Origin: Escherichia coli
Lineage (GTDB): Bacteria > Pseudomonadota > Gammaproteobacteria > Enterobacterales > Enterobacteriaceae
Reading direction: 5' to 3' (one strand)
Assembly (NCBI RefSeq): GCF_024700885.2
Contig: NZ_CP117016.1
Length of the DNA: 64,000 nt
Position 1 is the first letter of the stretch. Every line of letters begins with the position of its first letter. Positions 19,088 to 27,793 of this stretch are shown here, in pieces. The notes below the pieces were generated by a model. It did not search any database. It was not told the DNA's origin and saw nothing but the letters and a program-made list of their open reading frames with translations. The position numbers and the translations under genes were made by a program.

Positions 19088-20713
19088 TTAAGCCACTTCC
19101 AGCACTTCTTTTGTCGCTTTCACGCCCTGATGCATCAACATCATTAACGCCTCAAGTACGCCGCCGCCAATTGCCCGGGCTTTATCAGAAACGCTGGTGA
19201 AATCAGCCGTTTCACCACGAGGATCGATATCACCAATTTTAAAACCACCGACCACTGCTAGTCCGTCGTTCAACAAGCCACGCACCATCCCCGTCAACGG
19301 TGCTTTAATTTCATGCTCACCAATCCAGGCAATCACATCGCCCTCTTTCACCAGATCGCCTAATTTCACGTTGGATCGCATAATGCCTGCAGCAGGAGCA
19401 CGGATCACCCGTCGGGTGGTATGCCCCATAATATTGCTAGGAACACCGGTATTCTCCTGCGCACAACCAGAGTAAATCACCTGACCGAGCCAGTGCCCGC
19501 GATTTGTTTCAATTACCGCATGACAATCCTTCCCTGCAATAAAGCCCGGCCCAAGCGCGATTGTTACTGGTGCCATATCTGCCCGCGTCCCCAAATTCTG
19601 TTTCGCCAGAATAGCGTCCACCACGCAAAGCGGTTTCAGTTCATCAAGCAATGAACAGGCGGGATCTACCATCACAGGGATGAATCCGCGTTCGGTAAGT
19701 TTCATCGCTTCCGCAGAGCTGGTTGCCAGGCGGGCAGTGACGCCTTCGACCGTCATTTCGCCATCGAACACGGCCTGGGCAAACGCCACGGTACAACGAA
19801 TCACTGTCGGTTTTTCCACTTCCAGCATGATCACTTTAAAACCCGCATGATACAGACGTAGCGCCACACCACTGGCGATATCCCCCGCACCGCGAATCAC
19901 CACCAGCTGGTGTCCGGAAGGATGAGAAGGTTTCATCATCAGCCCACCCGGCGCGTTATTTTTCACCTGTAATATTTCTGCCAGCACGCTGATGGCGATC
20001 TCCTGCGGCGTTTCCGCACCTATGTTGTAACCAACGGGCGCATGTAAACGGGCAATATGTTCTTCAGCCACGCCTTTCTCACGCAATTGACGCAGGAAAA
20101 GCTGAACCTTGCGGCGACTTGCCAGCAACCCCAGCCATGCAATGGGCTGTTCAATGAGTTTGTCGAGGGCTTCACGATCCTGATTATTCGTGGCAATCAG
20201 GACAAAATTATCAGGGCGAATATCCAGTGCTTCCACTGCCGCACCAAACGACTCAGCATGGAGAAGCGTGGTTGATGGTGGGAATAATTCAGGATTGAGG
20301 CTTTCGCGATAAATATCGGCAACGGCAATATCAAATCCTAATAGCGCCGCACTCTGGGCTATCGCCCGGTTGACATGCCCCGCGCCAATCAACACCAGAC
20401 GTGGACGCATACCATGGACGCTGATAAATACGGACATTGCACCTCCACAATCTGACCCGACAGCATCCGCACCGTTACGAGCCATACGTCCATGGAATAA
20501 TCGCGGCTTACGTTCCTGCAATGCCTGAAGCGACTCTTCAATCACCTTCCGCTCAACCATTCCGCCACCAATTGTACCGACGATAGAGCCATCGGCGCGC
20601 ACTAACATTTGTGCAGAATGGCGGGGAGTCGAGCCTCGGCTATCAACAATTTGCGCCATCGCAAACGGACAATTTTGCTCTTCGAGTTTTGCAGCCTCTG
20701 TGAAAATATTCAT
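19088..20713 (-). CDS. yqeB: XdhC/CoxI-family accessory protein (marker of selenium-dependent molybdenum hydroxylase loci)
   Basis: 541-aa ORF; synteny with yqeC and mocA. Confidence 0.8.
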   Translation of the reverse strand: MNIFTEAAKLEEQNCPFAMAQIVDSRGSTPRHSAQMLVRADGSIVGTIGGGMVERKVIEESLQALQERKPRLFHGRMARNGADAVGSDCGGAMSVFISVHGMRPRLVLIGAGHVNRAIAQSAALLGFDIAVADIYRESLNPELFPPSTTLLHAESFGAAVEALDIRPDNFVLIATNNQDREALDKLIEQPIAWLGLLASRRKVQLFLRQLREKGVAEEHIARLHAPVGYNIGAETPQEIAISVLAEILQVKNNAPGGLMMKPSHPSGHQLVVIRGAGDIASGVALRLYHAGFKVIMLEVEKPTVIRCTVAFAQAVFDGEMTVEGVTARLATSSAEAMKLTERGFIPVMVDPACSLLDELKPLCVVDAILAKQNLGTRADMAPVTIALGPGFIAGKDCHAVIETNRGHWLGQVIYSGCAQENTGVPSNIMGHTTRRVIRAPAAGIMRSNVKLGDLVKEGDVIAWIGEHEIKAPLTGMVRGLLNDGLAVVGGFKIGDIDPRGETADFTSVSDKARAIGGGVLEALMMLMHQGVKATKEVLEVA

Positions 20714-20760
20714 ACCAACCTCAATGGATATCCTTTCAGTAACCCGGAATACCCGGGCCG

Positions 20761-21531
20761 CTAATTCACAAATCTGCGCGCGATTGCAGGATGTTCTTGT
20801 ATATCGCCCAGCCAGATTGCCTCTACGTCGTGTTGTTGCAGCGGTTGAAGGAGCTCGCTTTGTGCAATCGCATTCTCACATTGAGAAAAACGGTTAATGA
20901 ACCAGACTCGCCGACAACCTTGCGGTACGTTTTTAAATGCGCCCTGAGGGTGGCGAACCAGCGCAACGAGATCGCTCAGTTGCAAGGTTGCATCAGGTGT
21001 TAACCCGGTAATATCAGCAAACTGCGACCAGCGATGGACATTTTCTGTGCTCACTTTCGCGCCCAAAATATGTCCTCCCATCACAGCAATCACGCAGCAA
21101 CTGCTTTTGGGTATGCAAGGTTCGTGCTCATCAGGCGCTTTTAACGTCATTCCACGCGAGCCATCTGCCTCAATGAGAATTACGTCACACTCTGGTCGTT
21201 GCACCAGTGCATCAATCGCTTCTGGCGTAAATCCCTGCACTTTTCCCTGGTTCGCTTTCCAGCTGTGAAAACAAAATGAAATGGGGGATGTAAGAGACGC
21301 ATGAGGAAGCATGGCGGGATCACGACAGAAAACCACGGGCCAGTGAGACGTTGGCATAAACATATGTGTCGTCGTAGTGATTAACACACGCCTGCCGCTA
21401 GCCTGGAGCAGTTCTGCCAGCCAAAAAAGCAAGCTGGTTTTCCCCCCAGCCCCAACAACAGAAATCACAGTGGGACGTTTCTGCGCGCCTAAATCAATGA
21501 ATAATGCCGATGGGTCAACTATACTTTTCAC
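20761..21531 (-). CDS. yqeC: selenium-dependent molybdenum hydroxylase system protein (YqeC family)
   Basis: 256-aa ORF with P-loop-like VVGAGGKTS; synteny. Confidence 0.75.
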   Translation of the reverse strand: MKSIVDPSALFIDLGAQKRPTVISVVGAGGKTSLLFWLAELLQASGRRVLITTTTHMFMPTSHWPVVFCRDPAMLPHASLTSPISFCFHSWKANQGKVQGFTPEAIDALVQRPECDVILIEADGSRGMTLKAPDEHEPCIPKSSCCVIAVMGGHILGAKVSTENVHRWSQFADITGLTPDATLQLSDLVALVRHPQGAFKNVPQGCRRVWFINRFSQCENAIAQSELLQPLQQHDVEAIWLGDIQEHPAIARRFVN

Positions 21532-21633
21532 GAGTCTTTATGACCTCTCTGGGATAAATTATCCCCAACTTAATCCATCAGGAAGTAACGCAATTATCAG
21601 GCGTTATTAGCCCCTATAAATAATGGAACCACT

Positions 21634-22212
21634 ATGTCAGCCATCGACTGTATAATTACCGCTGCCGGATTATCATCAAGAATGGGGCAATGGAAAATGA
21701 TGTTACCCTGGCAACAGGGAACAATTCTTGATACAAGTATCAAAAATGCGTTGCAGTTTTGTAGCCGAATTATTTTAGTCACCGGCTATCGTGGTAATGA
21801 ACTGCACGAGCGTTATGCGAACCAGAGCAATATCACTATTATCCACAACCCAGATTATGCGCAGGGTTTACTAACATCAGTAAAGGCCGCAGTACCCGCG
21901 GTAAAAACAGAATATTGTTTTCTCACCCACGGTGACATGCCTACCCTCACCATCGATATTTTTAGAAAAATCTGGTCGTTACGAAATGATGGCGCAATAC
22001 TGCCACTCCATAATGGCATTCCCGGCCATCCGATTTTAGTGTCAAAGCCATGCCTGATGCAGGCAATCCAGCGTCCCAATATCACCAATATGCGTCAGGC
22101 ACTCCTTATGGGAGATCATTATTCCGTCGAAATAGAAAATGCAGAAATAATTTTAGATATTGATACTCCGGACGACTTTATTACAGCGCAAAAAAGGTAT
22201 ACTAAAATTTAG
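21634..22212 (+). CDS. mocA: molybdenum cofactor cytidylyltransferase (MobA-like)
   Basis: 192-aa ORF with MobA-like nucleotidyltransferase N-terminus (AAGLSSRMG). Confidence 0.8.
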   Translation: MSAIDCIITAAGLSSRMGQWKMMLPWQQGTILDTSIKNALQFCSRIILVTGYRGNELHERYANQSNITIIHNPDYAQGLLTSVKAAVPAVKTEYCFLTHGDMPTLTIDIFRKIWSLRNDGAILPLHNGIPGHPILVSKPCLMQAIQRPNITNMRQALLMGDHYSVEIENAEIILDIDTPDDFITAQKRYTKI

Positions 22213-22366
22213 AAAATGTAGTTAAACGATTGCGTTCAAATATTTAATCCCTCCAGCACTCTTTATCATAATGATAAGGAATCACTGATTTTGAGAAAAG
22301 AGAAAAAGTGATAAATGGGCTGGCAATAATAATTTTCAGGAGTGATTTTAATTCTCATTTGGCACC

Positions 22367-22382
22367 TGTGAGTTCATTCACA
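22367..22382. promoter_or_regulatory. CRP binding site TGTGAGTTCATTCACA upstream of ygfK
   Basis: Perfect match to both CRP consensus half-sites TGTGA-N6-TCACA. Confidence 0.55.
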
Positions 22383-22436
22383 AAAAGCTCCTAAGTTTCG
22401 AGCCGCCTCACATTTTTTTATATTTCCCGCCAAACC

Positions 22437-22452
22437 TGGCAAGAGTGGTGCG
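22437..22452 (+). promoter_or_regulatory. candidate sigma54 -24/-12 element TGGCAAGAGTGGTGCG upstream of ygfK
   Basis: GG-N10-GC spacing correct; about 80 bp upstream of the ygfK start. Confidence 0.3.
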
Positions 22453-22533
22453 ATTGTTGCTCTATCCCCCTAAACCACCGGATTTCTCAACACCGGTCAC
22501 TCAATGATATCTGTATAAGCTAAGGAGAGGGTT

Positions 22534-25500
22534 ATGGGGGATATTATGCGTCCCATTCCGTTTGAGGAACTTTTGACGCGCATATTTGATGAATACCAAC
22601 AACAACGCTCAATCTTTGGTATTCCCGAGCAACAGTTTTACTCACCCGTAAAAGGTAAAACTGTTAGCGTCTTCGGTGAAACCTGTGCCACTCCCGTCGG
22701 CCCTGCCGCTGGCCCGCACACGCAGCTCGCGCAAAATATTGTCACTTCCTGGCTGACTGGCGGGCGCTTCATCGAACTAAAAACCGTCCAAATTCTTGAC
22801 CGTCTGGAGCTGGAAAAGCCCTGTATCGATGCCGAAGACGAGTGCTTTAACACCGAATGGTCTACCGAATTTACCCTGCTTAAAGCCTGGGATGAATACC
22901 TCAAAGCCTGGTTTGCCCTGCACCTTCTCGAAGCGATGTTCCAGCCTTCTGATTCCGGTAAATCGTTCATCTTTAATATGAGCGTCGGTTATAACCTCGA
23001 AGGTATTAAGCAACCGCCGATGCAACAGTTCATCGACAATATGATGGATGCATCTGACCATCCGAAATTCGCTCAATATCGCGATACGCTGAATAAATTA
23101 CTCCAGGATGACGCATTTTTAGCCCGCCACGGATTGCAGGAAAAACGCGAATGCCTGCAGGCCTTACCGGCACGCATCCCCACCAGCATGGTAGAAGGCG
23201 TTACCCTCTCCACCATGCACGGCTGTCCTCCGCATGAAATCGAAGCCATTTGCCGCTACATGCTGGAAGAAAAAGGGCTCAATACCTTTGTGAAACTCAA
23301 CCCGACCTTACTGGGGTACGCGCGTGTTCGTGAGATCCTCGATGTCTGCGGTTTCGGTTACATAGGCTTAAAAGAAGAGTCATTTGATCACGACCTCAAG
23401 CTGACGCAAGCGCTGGAAATGCTGGAACGCCTGATGGTACTGGCAAAAGAAAAATCACTCGGCTTTGGCGTAAAACTGACTAACACTCTCGGCACCATCA
23501 ACAATAAAGGCGCACTGCCTGGTGAAGAGATGTATATGTCAGGCCGTGCGCTGTTCCCGCTCTCCATCAATGTTGCAGCAGTTCTCTCTCGCGCCTTTGA
23601 CGGCAAACTGCCCATTTCTTATTCCGGTGGTGCCAGTCAGCTGACTATCCGCGATATTTTTGATACTGGTATTCGCCCTATTACTATGGCAACCGACCTG
23701 CTGAAACCTGGCGGCTATCTGCGCTTAAGTGCCTGCATGCGCGAGCTGGAAGGCTCCGACGCCTGGGGGCTTGACCATGTTGACGTCGAACGCCTGAACA
23801 AACTGGCAGCAGACGCGTTAACCATGGAATACACTCAGAAACACTGGAAGCCAGAAGAGCGTATTGAAGTGGCAGAAGACCTGCCGCTGACCGACTGCTA
23901 CGTTGCACCGTGCGTTACTGCTTGCGCCATTAAACAGGATATTCCGGAATACATCCGTCTGCTTGGCGAACACCGCTATGCCGACGCACTGGAACTCATC
24001 TACCAACGCAACGCCCTGCCCGCCATTACCGGTCATATTTGCGATCACCAGTGCCAATACAACTGTACCCGCCTGGATTACGACAGTGCGCTGAATATCC
24101 GCGAACTGAAAAAAGTCGCGCTGGAAAAAGGTTGGGATGAATATAAGCAACGCTGGCACAAACCAGCCGGTTCTGGTTCACGCCATCCGGTTGCCGTGAT
24201 TGGTGCAGGTCCGGCGGGTCTGGCAGCAGGTTACTTCCTTGCCAGAGCGGGCCATCCGGTTACGCTGTTTGAACGCGAAGCCAATGCGGGCGGCGTGGTG
24301 AAAAATATCATTCCTCAGTTCCGTATTCCTGCAGAGTTAATTCAGCACGATATCGATTTTGTTGCCGCTCACGGCGTGAAATTTGAGTATGGCTGCTCAC
24401 CCGATTTGACCGTTGAACAGTTAAAAAATCAGGGCTTCCACTATGTTCTGATTGCCACCGGCACTGATAAAAATAGCGGTGTGAAACTGGCGGGCGACAA
24501 CCAAAATGTCTGGAAATCACTCCCCTTCCTGCGTGAATACAACAAGGGCACAGCGCTCAAGCTGGGCAAACATGTGGTCGTTGTCGGGGCGGGTAACACG
24601 GCAATGGACTGCGCTCGTGCGGCGTTACGCGTTCCAGGCGTAGAAAAAGCAACGGTCGTTTACCGTCGTTCACTGCAAGAGATGCCAGCATGGCGCGAAG
24701 AGTATGAAGAAGCGTTGCACGACGGTGTGGAGTTCCGTTTCCTGAATAATCCGGAACGTTTCGATGCTGATGGCACCTTAACCTTGCGCGTTATGTCGCT
24801 TGGCGAACCTGATGAGAAAGGTCGTCGCCGTCCGGTTGAAACCAACGAAACAGTAACACTGCATGTAGACAGCCTGATCACCGCCATTGGTGAACAGCAG
24901 GATACTGAAGCCCTGAATGCGATGGGCGTGCCGCTGGACAAAAACGGCTGGCCAGACGTCGACCATAATGGCGAAACTCGTCTGACTGACGTCTTTATGA
25001 TCGGCGACGTACAGCGCGGACCATCCTCCATTGTCGCTGCTGTCGGAACCGCGCGTCGGGCGACCGATGCCATCCTTAGTCGGGAAAACATCCGTTCCCA
25101 CCAGAACGATAAATACTGGAACAACGTCAATCCGGCGGAAATCTATCAACGCAAAGGCGATATCTCTATCACCCTGGTGGATAGCGACGATCGTGACGCG
25201 TTTGTCGCCCAGGAAGCCGCACGCTGCCTTGAATGTAACTACGTTTGCAGCAAGTGTGTGGATGTCTGCCCGAACCGCGCCAACGTATCCATTGCGGTCC
25301 CTGGCTTCCAGATCCGTTTCCAGACGCTGCACCTCGACGCTTACTGTAACGAATGCGGCAACTGCGCTCAGTTCTGCCCGTGGAACGGTAAACCGTACAA
25401 AGACAAAATCACCGTCTTCAGCCTGTCGCAAGACTTTGATAACAGCAGCAACCCTGGCTTCCTTGTGGAAGATTGCCGGGTACGAGTACGTCTGAATAAC

Positions 25501-25632
25501 CAAAGCTGGGTGTTAAACATCGACAGCGAAGGTCAGTTCAACAACGAACCACCGGAGCTGAACGATATGTGCCGCATTATTAGCCATGTCCACCAGCATC
25601 ATCATTATCTGCTGGGCCGCGTGGAGGTGTAA
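22534..25632 (+). CDS. ygfK: large Fe-S / FAD-NAD(P) oxidoreductase (glutamate-synthase-beta-like domain), putative selenate reductase subunit
   Basis: 1032-aa ORF; Rossmann motif [21 protein letters not shown]; Cys clusters; AAGGAG Shine-Dalgarno. Confidence 0.85.
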   Translation: MGDIMRPIPFEELLTRIFDEYQQQRSIFGIPEQQFYSPVKGKTVSVFGETCATPVGPAAGPHTQLAQNIVTSWLTGGRFIELKTVQILDRLELEKPCIDAEDECFNTEWSTEFTLLKAWDEYLKAWFALHLLEAMFQPSDSGKSFIFNMSVGYNLEGIKQPPMQQFIDNMMDASDHPKFAQYRDTLNKLLQDDAFLARHGLQEKRECLQALPARIPTSMVEGVTLSTMHGCPPHEIEAICRYMLEEKGLNTFVKLNPTLLGYARVREILDVCGFGYIGLKEESFDHDLKLTQALEMLERLMVLAKEKSLGFGVKLTNTLGTINNKGALPGEEMYMSGRALFPLSINVAAVLSRAFDGKLPISYSGGASQLTIRDIFDTGIRPITMATDLLKPGGYLRLSACMRELEGSDAWGLDHVDVERLNKLAADALTMEYTQKHWKPEERIEVAEDLPLTDCYVAPCVTACAIKQDIPEYIRLLGEHRYADALELIYQRNALPAITGHICDHQCQYNCTRLDYDSALNIRELKKVALEKGWDEYKQRWHKPAGSGSRHPVAVIGAGPAGLAAGYFLARAGHPVTLFEREANAGGVVKNIIPQFRIPAELIQHDIDFVAAHGVKFEYGCSPDLTVEQLKNQGFHYVLIATGTDKNSGVKLAGDNQNVWKSLPFLREYNKGTALKLGKHVVVVGAGNTAMDCARAALRVPGVEKATVVYRRSLQEMPAWREEYEEALHDGVEFRFLNNPERFDADGTLTLRVMSLGEPDEKGRRRPVETNETVTLHVDSLITAIGEQQDTEALNAMGVPLDKNGWPDVDHNGETRLTDVFMIGDVQRGPSSIVAAVGTARRATDAILSRENIRSHQNDKYWNNVNPAEIYQRKGDISITLVDSDDRDAFVAQEAARCLECNYVCSKCVDVCPNRANVSIAVPGFQIRFQTLHLDAYCNECGNCAQFCPWNGKPYKDKITVFSLSQDFDNSSNPGFLVEDCRVRVRLNNQSWVLNIDSEGQFNNEPPELNDMCRIISHVHQHHHYLLGRVEV

Positions 25633-25634
25633 TC

Positions 25635-26963
25635 ATGTTGATTCTGAAGAATGTCACCGCAGTGCAGTTACACCCGGCGAAAGTGCAGGAAGGCGTTGAT
25701 ATCGCCATCGAAAATGATGTGATTGTCGCTATCGGCGATGCCCTGACGCAACGCTACCCCGATGCCAGCTACAAAGAGATGCATGGTCGGATTGTGATGC
25801 CAGGAATTGTCTGCTCGCACAACCATTTTTACTCGGGGCTGTCCCGCGGAATTATGGCAAACATCGCCCCCTGCCCGGATTTCATCTCAACGCTGAAAAA
25901 TCTCTGGTGGCGACTCGATCGCACCCTTGATGAAGAGTCGCTCTATTACAGCGGACTGATTTGTTCCCTGGAAGCGATTAAGGGCGGATGTACATCGGTT
26001 ATCGATCACCATGCCTCTCCGGCGTATATCGACGGGTCGCTCTCCACATTGCGCAACGCATTTTTAAAAGTTGGCCTGCGCGCGATGACCTGTTTTGAAA
26101 CTACTGACCGTAACAACGGTATCAAAGAGTTGCAGGAAGGTGTAGAAGAAAACATCCGCTTCGCCCGTCAGATTGATGAGGCGAAGAAAGCAGCAACCGA
26201 ACCGTATCTGGTGGAAGCACATATCGGCGCTCACGCGCCGTTTACCGTGCCGGATGCCGGTCTGGAGATGCTGCGTGAAGCCGTGAAAGCCACAGGTCGT
26301 GGTTTGCACATTCACGCTGCGGAAGACCTTTATGACGTTTCCTACAGTCACCACTGGTACGGCAAAGACCTGCTGGCACGACTGGCGCAATTCGATCTCA
26401 TCGACAGCAAAACGCTGGTCGCTCATGGGCTGTACTTGTCGAAAGATGACATCGCCCTACTCAATCAGCGCGATGCGTTCCTAGTGCATAACGCCCGTTC
26501 AAACATGAACAACCATGTCGGCTACAACCATCACCTTAGCGACATCCGCAATCTGGCGTTGGGAACTGACGGCATTGGTTCGGACATGTTTGAAGAGATG
26601 AAATTTGCCTTCTTTAAACATCGCGATGCGGGTGGTCCGCTGTGGCCTGACAGTTTTGCCAAAGCACTGGCTAACGGCAACGAACTGATGAGCCGCAACT
26701 TTGGCGCGAAATTTGGCCTTCTGGAAGCCGGTTACAAAGCCGATTTAACCATTTGCGATTACAACTCGCCGACACCGCTGCTGGCAGACAATATCGCCGG
26801 GCATATCGCTTTCGGTATGGGCTCAGGCAGCGTTCATAGCGTGATGGTCAATGGCGTGATGGTCTATGAAGACCGTCAGTTTAACTTCGATTGCGATTCC
26901 ATTTATGCGCAAGCCAGAAAAGCCGCTGCCAGTATGTGGCGTCGGATGGATGCGCTGGCATAA
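25635..26963 (+). CDS. ssnA: amidohydrolase-family protein (chlorohydrolase / aminohydrolase)
   Basis: 442-aa ORF with HxH metal-binding motif (SHNHF); directly follows ygfK. Confidence 0.85.
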   Translation: MLILKNVTAVQLHPAKVQEGVDIAIENDVIVAIGDALTQRYPDASYKEMHGRIVMPGIVCSHNHFYSGLSRGIMANIAPCPDFISTLKNLWWRLDRTLDEESLYYSGLICSLEAIKGGCTSVIDHHASPAYIDGSLSTLRNAFLKVGLRAMTCFETTDRNNGIKELQEGVEENIRFARQIDEAKKAATEPYLVEAHIGAHAPFTVPDAGLEMLREAVKATGRGLHIHAAEDLYDVSYSHHWYGKDLLARLAQFDLIDSKTLVAHGLYLSKDDIALLNQRDAFLVHNARSNMNNHVGYNHHLSDIRNLALGTDGIGSDMFEEMKFAFFKHRDAGGPLWPDSFAKALANGNELMSRNFGAKFGLLEAGYKADLTICDYNSPTPLLADNIAGHIAFGMGSGSVHSVMVNGVMVYEDRQFNFDCDSIYAQARKAAASMWRRMDALA

Positions 26964-27013
26964 ATGACAAATACCCTCTTCCCGTAGGGAAGAGGGTTAA
27001 ATAAGGAAAGAAG

Positions 27014-27793
27014 ATGATTGAACAATTTTTCAGGCCCGACTCTGTCGAACAGGCGCTGGAACTGAAGCGCCGCTACAAGGATGAAGCCGTCTGGTTCGCC
27101 GGGGGCAGCAAACTCAACGCTACACCAACCCGTACCGATAAAAAGATTGCCATTTCCTTACAGGATCTGGAACTGGACTGGGTTGACTGGGATAACGGTG
27201 CACTGCGGATTGGCGCAATGTCTCGCTTGCAGCCACTGCGTGATGCGCGATTTATTCCTGCAGCACTGCGTGAAGCCCTCGGCTTTGTCTACTCTCGCCA
27301 TGTTCGTAATCAGTCGACCATTGGTGGTGAAATCGCCGCCCGGCAGGAAGAGTCTGTGCTGCTTCCCGTCCTGCTGGCACTGGATGCTGAACTGGTTTTT
27401 GGCAATGGCGAAACACTGTCAATCGAAGAGTACCTGGCCTGCCCATGCGATCGCCTGCTAACCGAAATTATCATTAAAGATCCGTATCGCACCTGTGCGA
27501 CCCGCAAAATTAGCCGTTCTCAGGCAGGTTTAACCGTCGTGACGGCAGCCGTTGCAATGACAGACCACGACGGTATGCGAATTGCGCTGGATGGCGTCGC
27601 CAGTAAAGCCCTGCGTCTGCACGATGTTGAAAAACAAAATCTGGAAGGCAATGCACTTGAACAGGCTGTCGCCAACGCCATTTTCCCGCAGGAAGATTTG
27701 CGGGGCAGCGTGGCCTATAAACGCTATATCACGGGAGTTCTGGTAGCCGACCTTTATGCCGACTGCCAACAGGCTGGGGAGGAAGCCGTATGA
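27014..27793 (+). CDS. ygfM: FAD-binding molybdopterin-dehydrogenase subunit-like protein
   Basis: 259-aa ORF; ATGA overlap with xdhD. Confidence 0.8.
   Translation: MIEQFFRPDSVEQALELKRRYKDEAVWFAGGSKLNATPTRTDKKIAISLQDLELDWVDWDNGALRIGAMSRLQPLRDARFIPAALREALGFVYSRHVRNQSTIGGEIAARQEESVLLPVLLALDAELVFGNGETLSIEEYLACPCDRLLTEIIIKDPYRTCATRKISRSQAGLTVVTAAVAMTDHDGMRIALDGVASKALRLHDVEKQNLEGNALEQAVANAIFPQEDLRGSVAYKRYITGVLVADLYADCQQAGEEAV

Noticed and set aside
22360-22365. Perfect TGGCAC hexamer upstream of ygfK as a sigma54 -24 element
   Set aside because: No GC dinucleotide at the -12 spacing (AGTT instead); the hexamer overlaps the CRP site, and the better-spaced candidate is at 22437.
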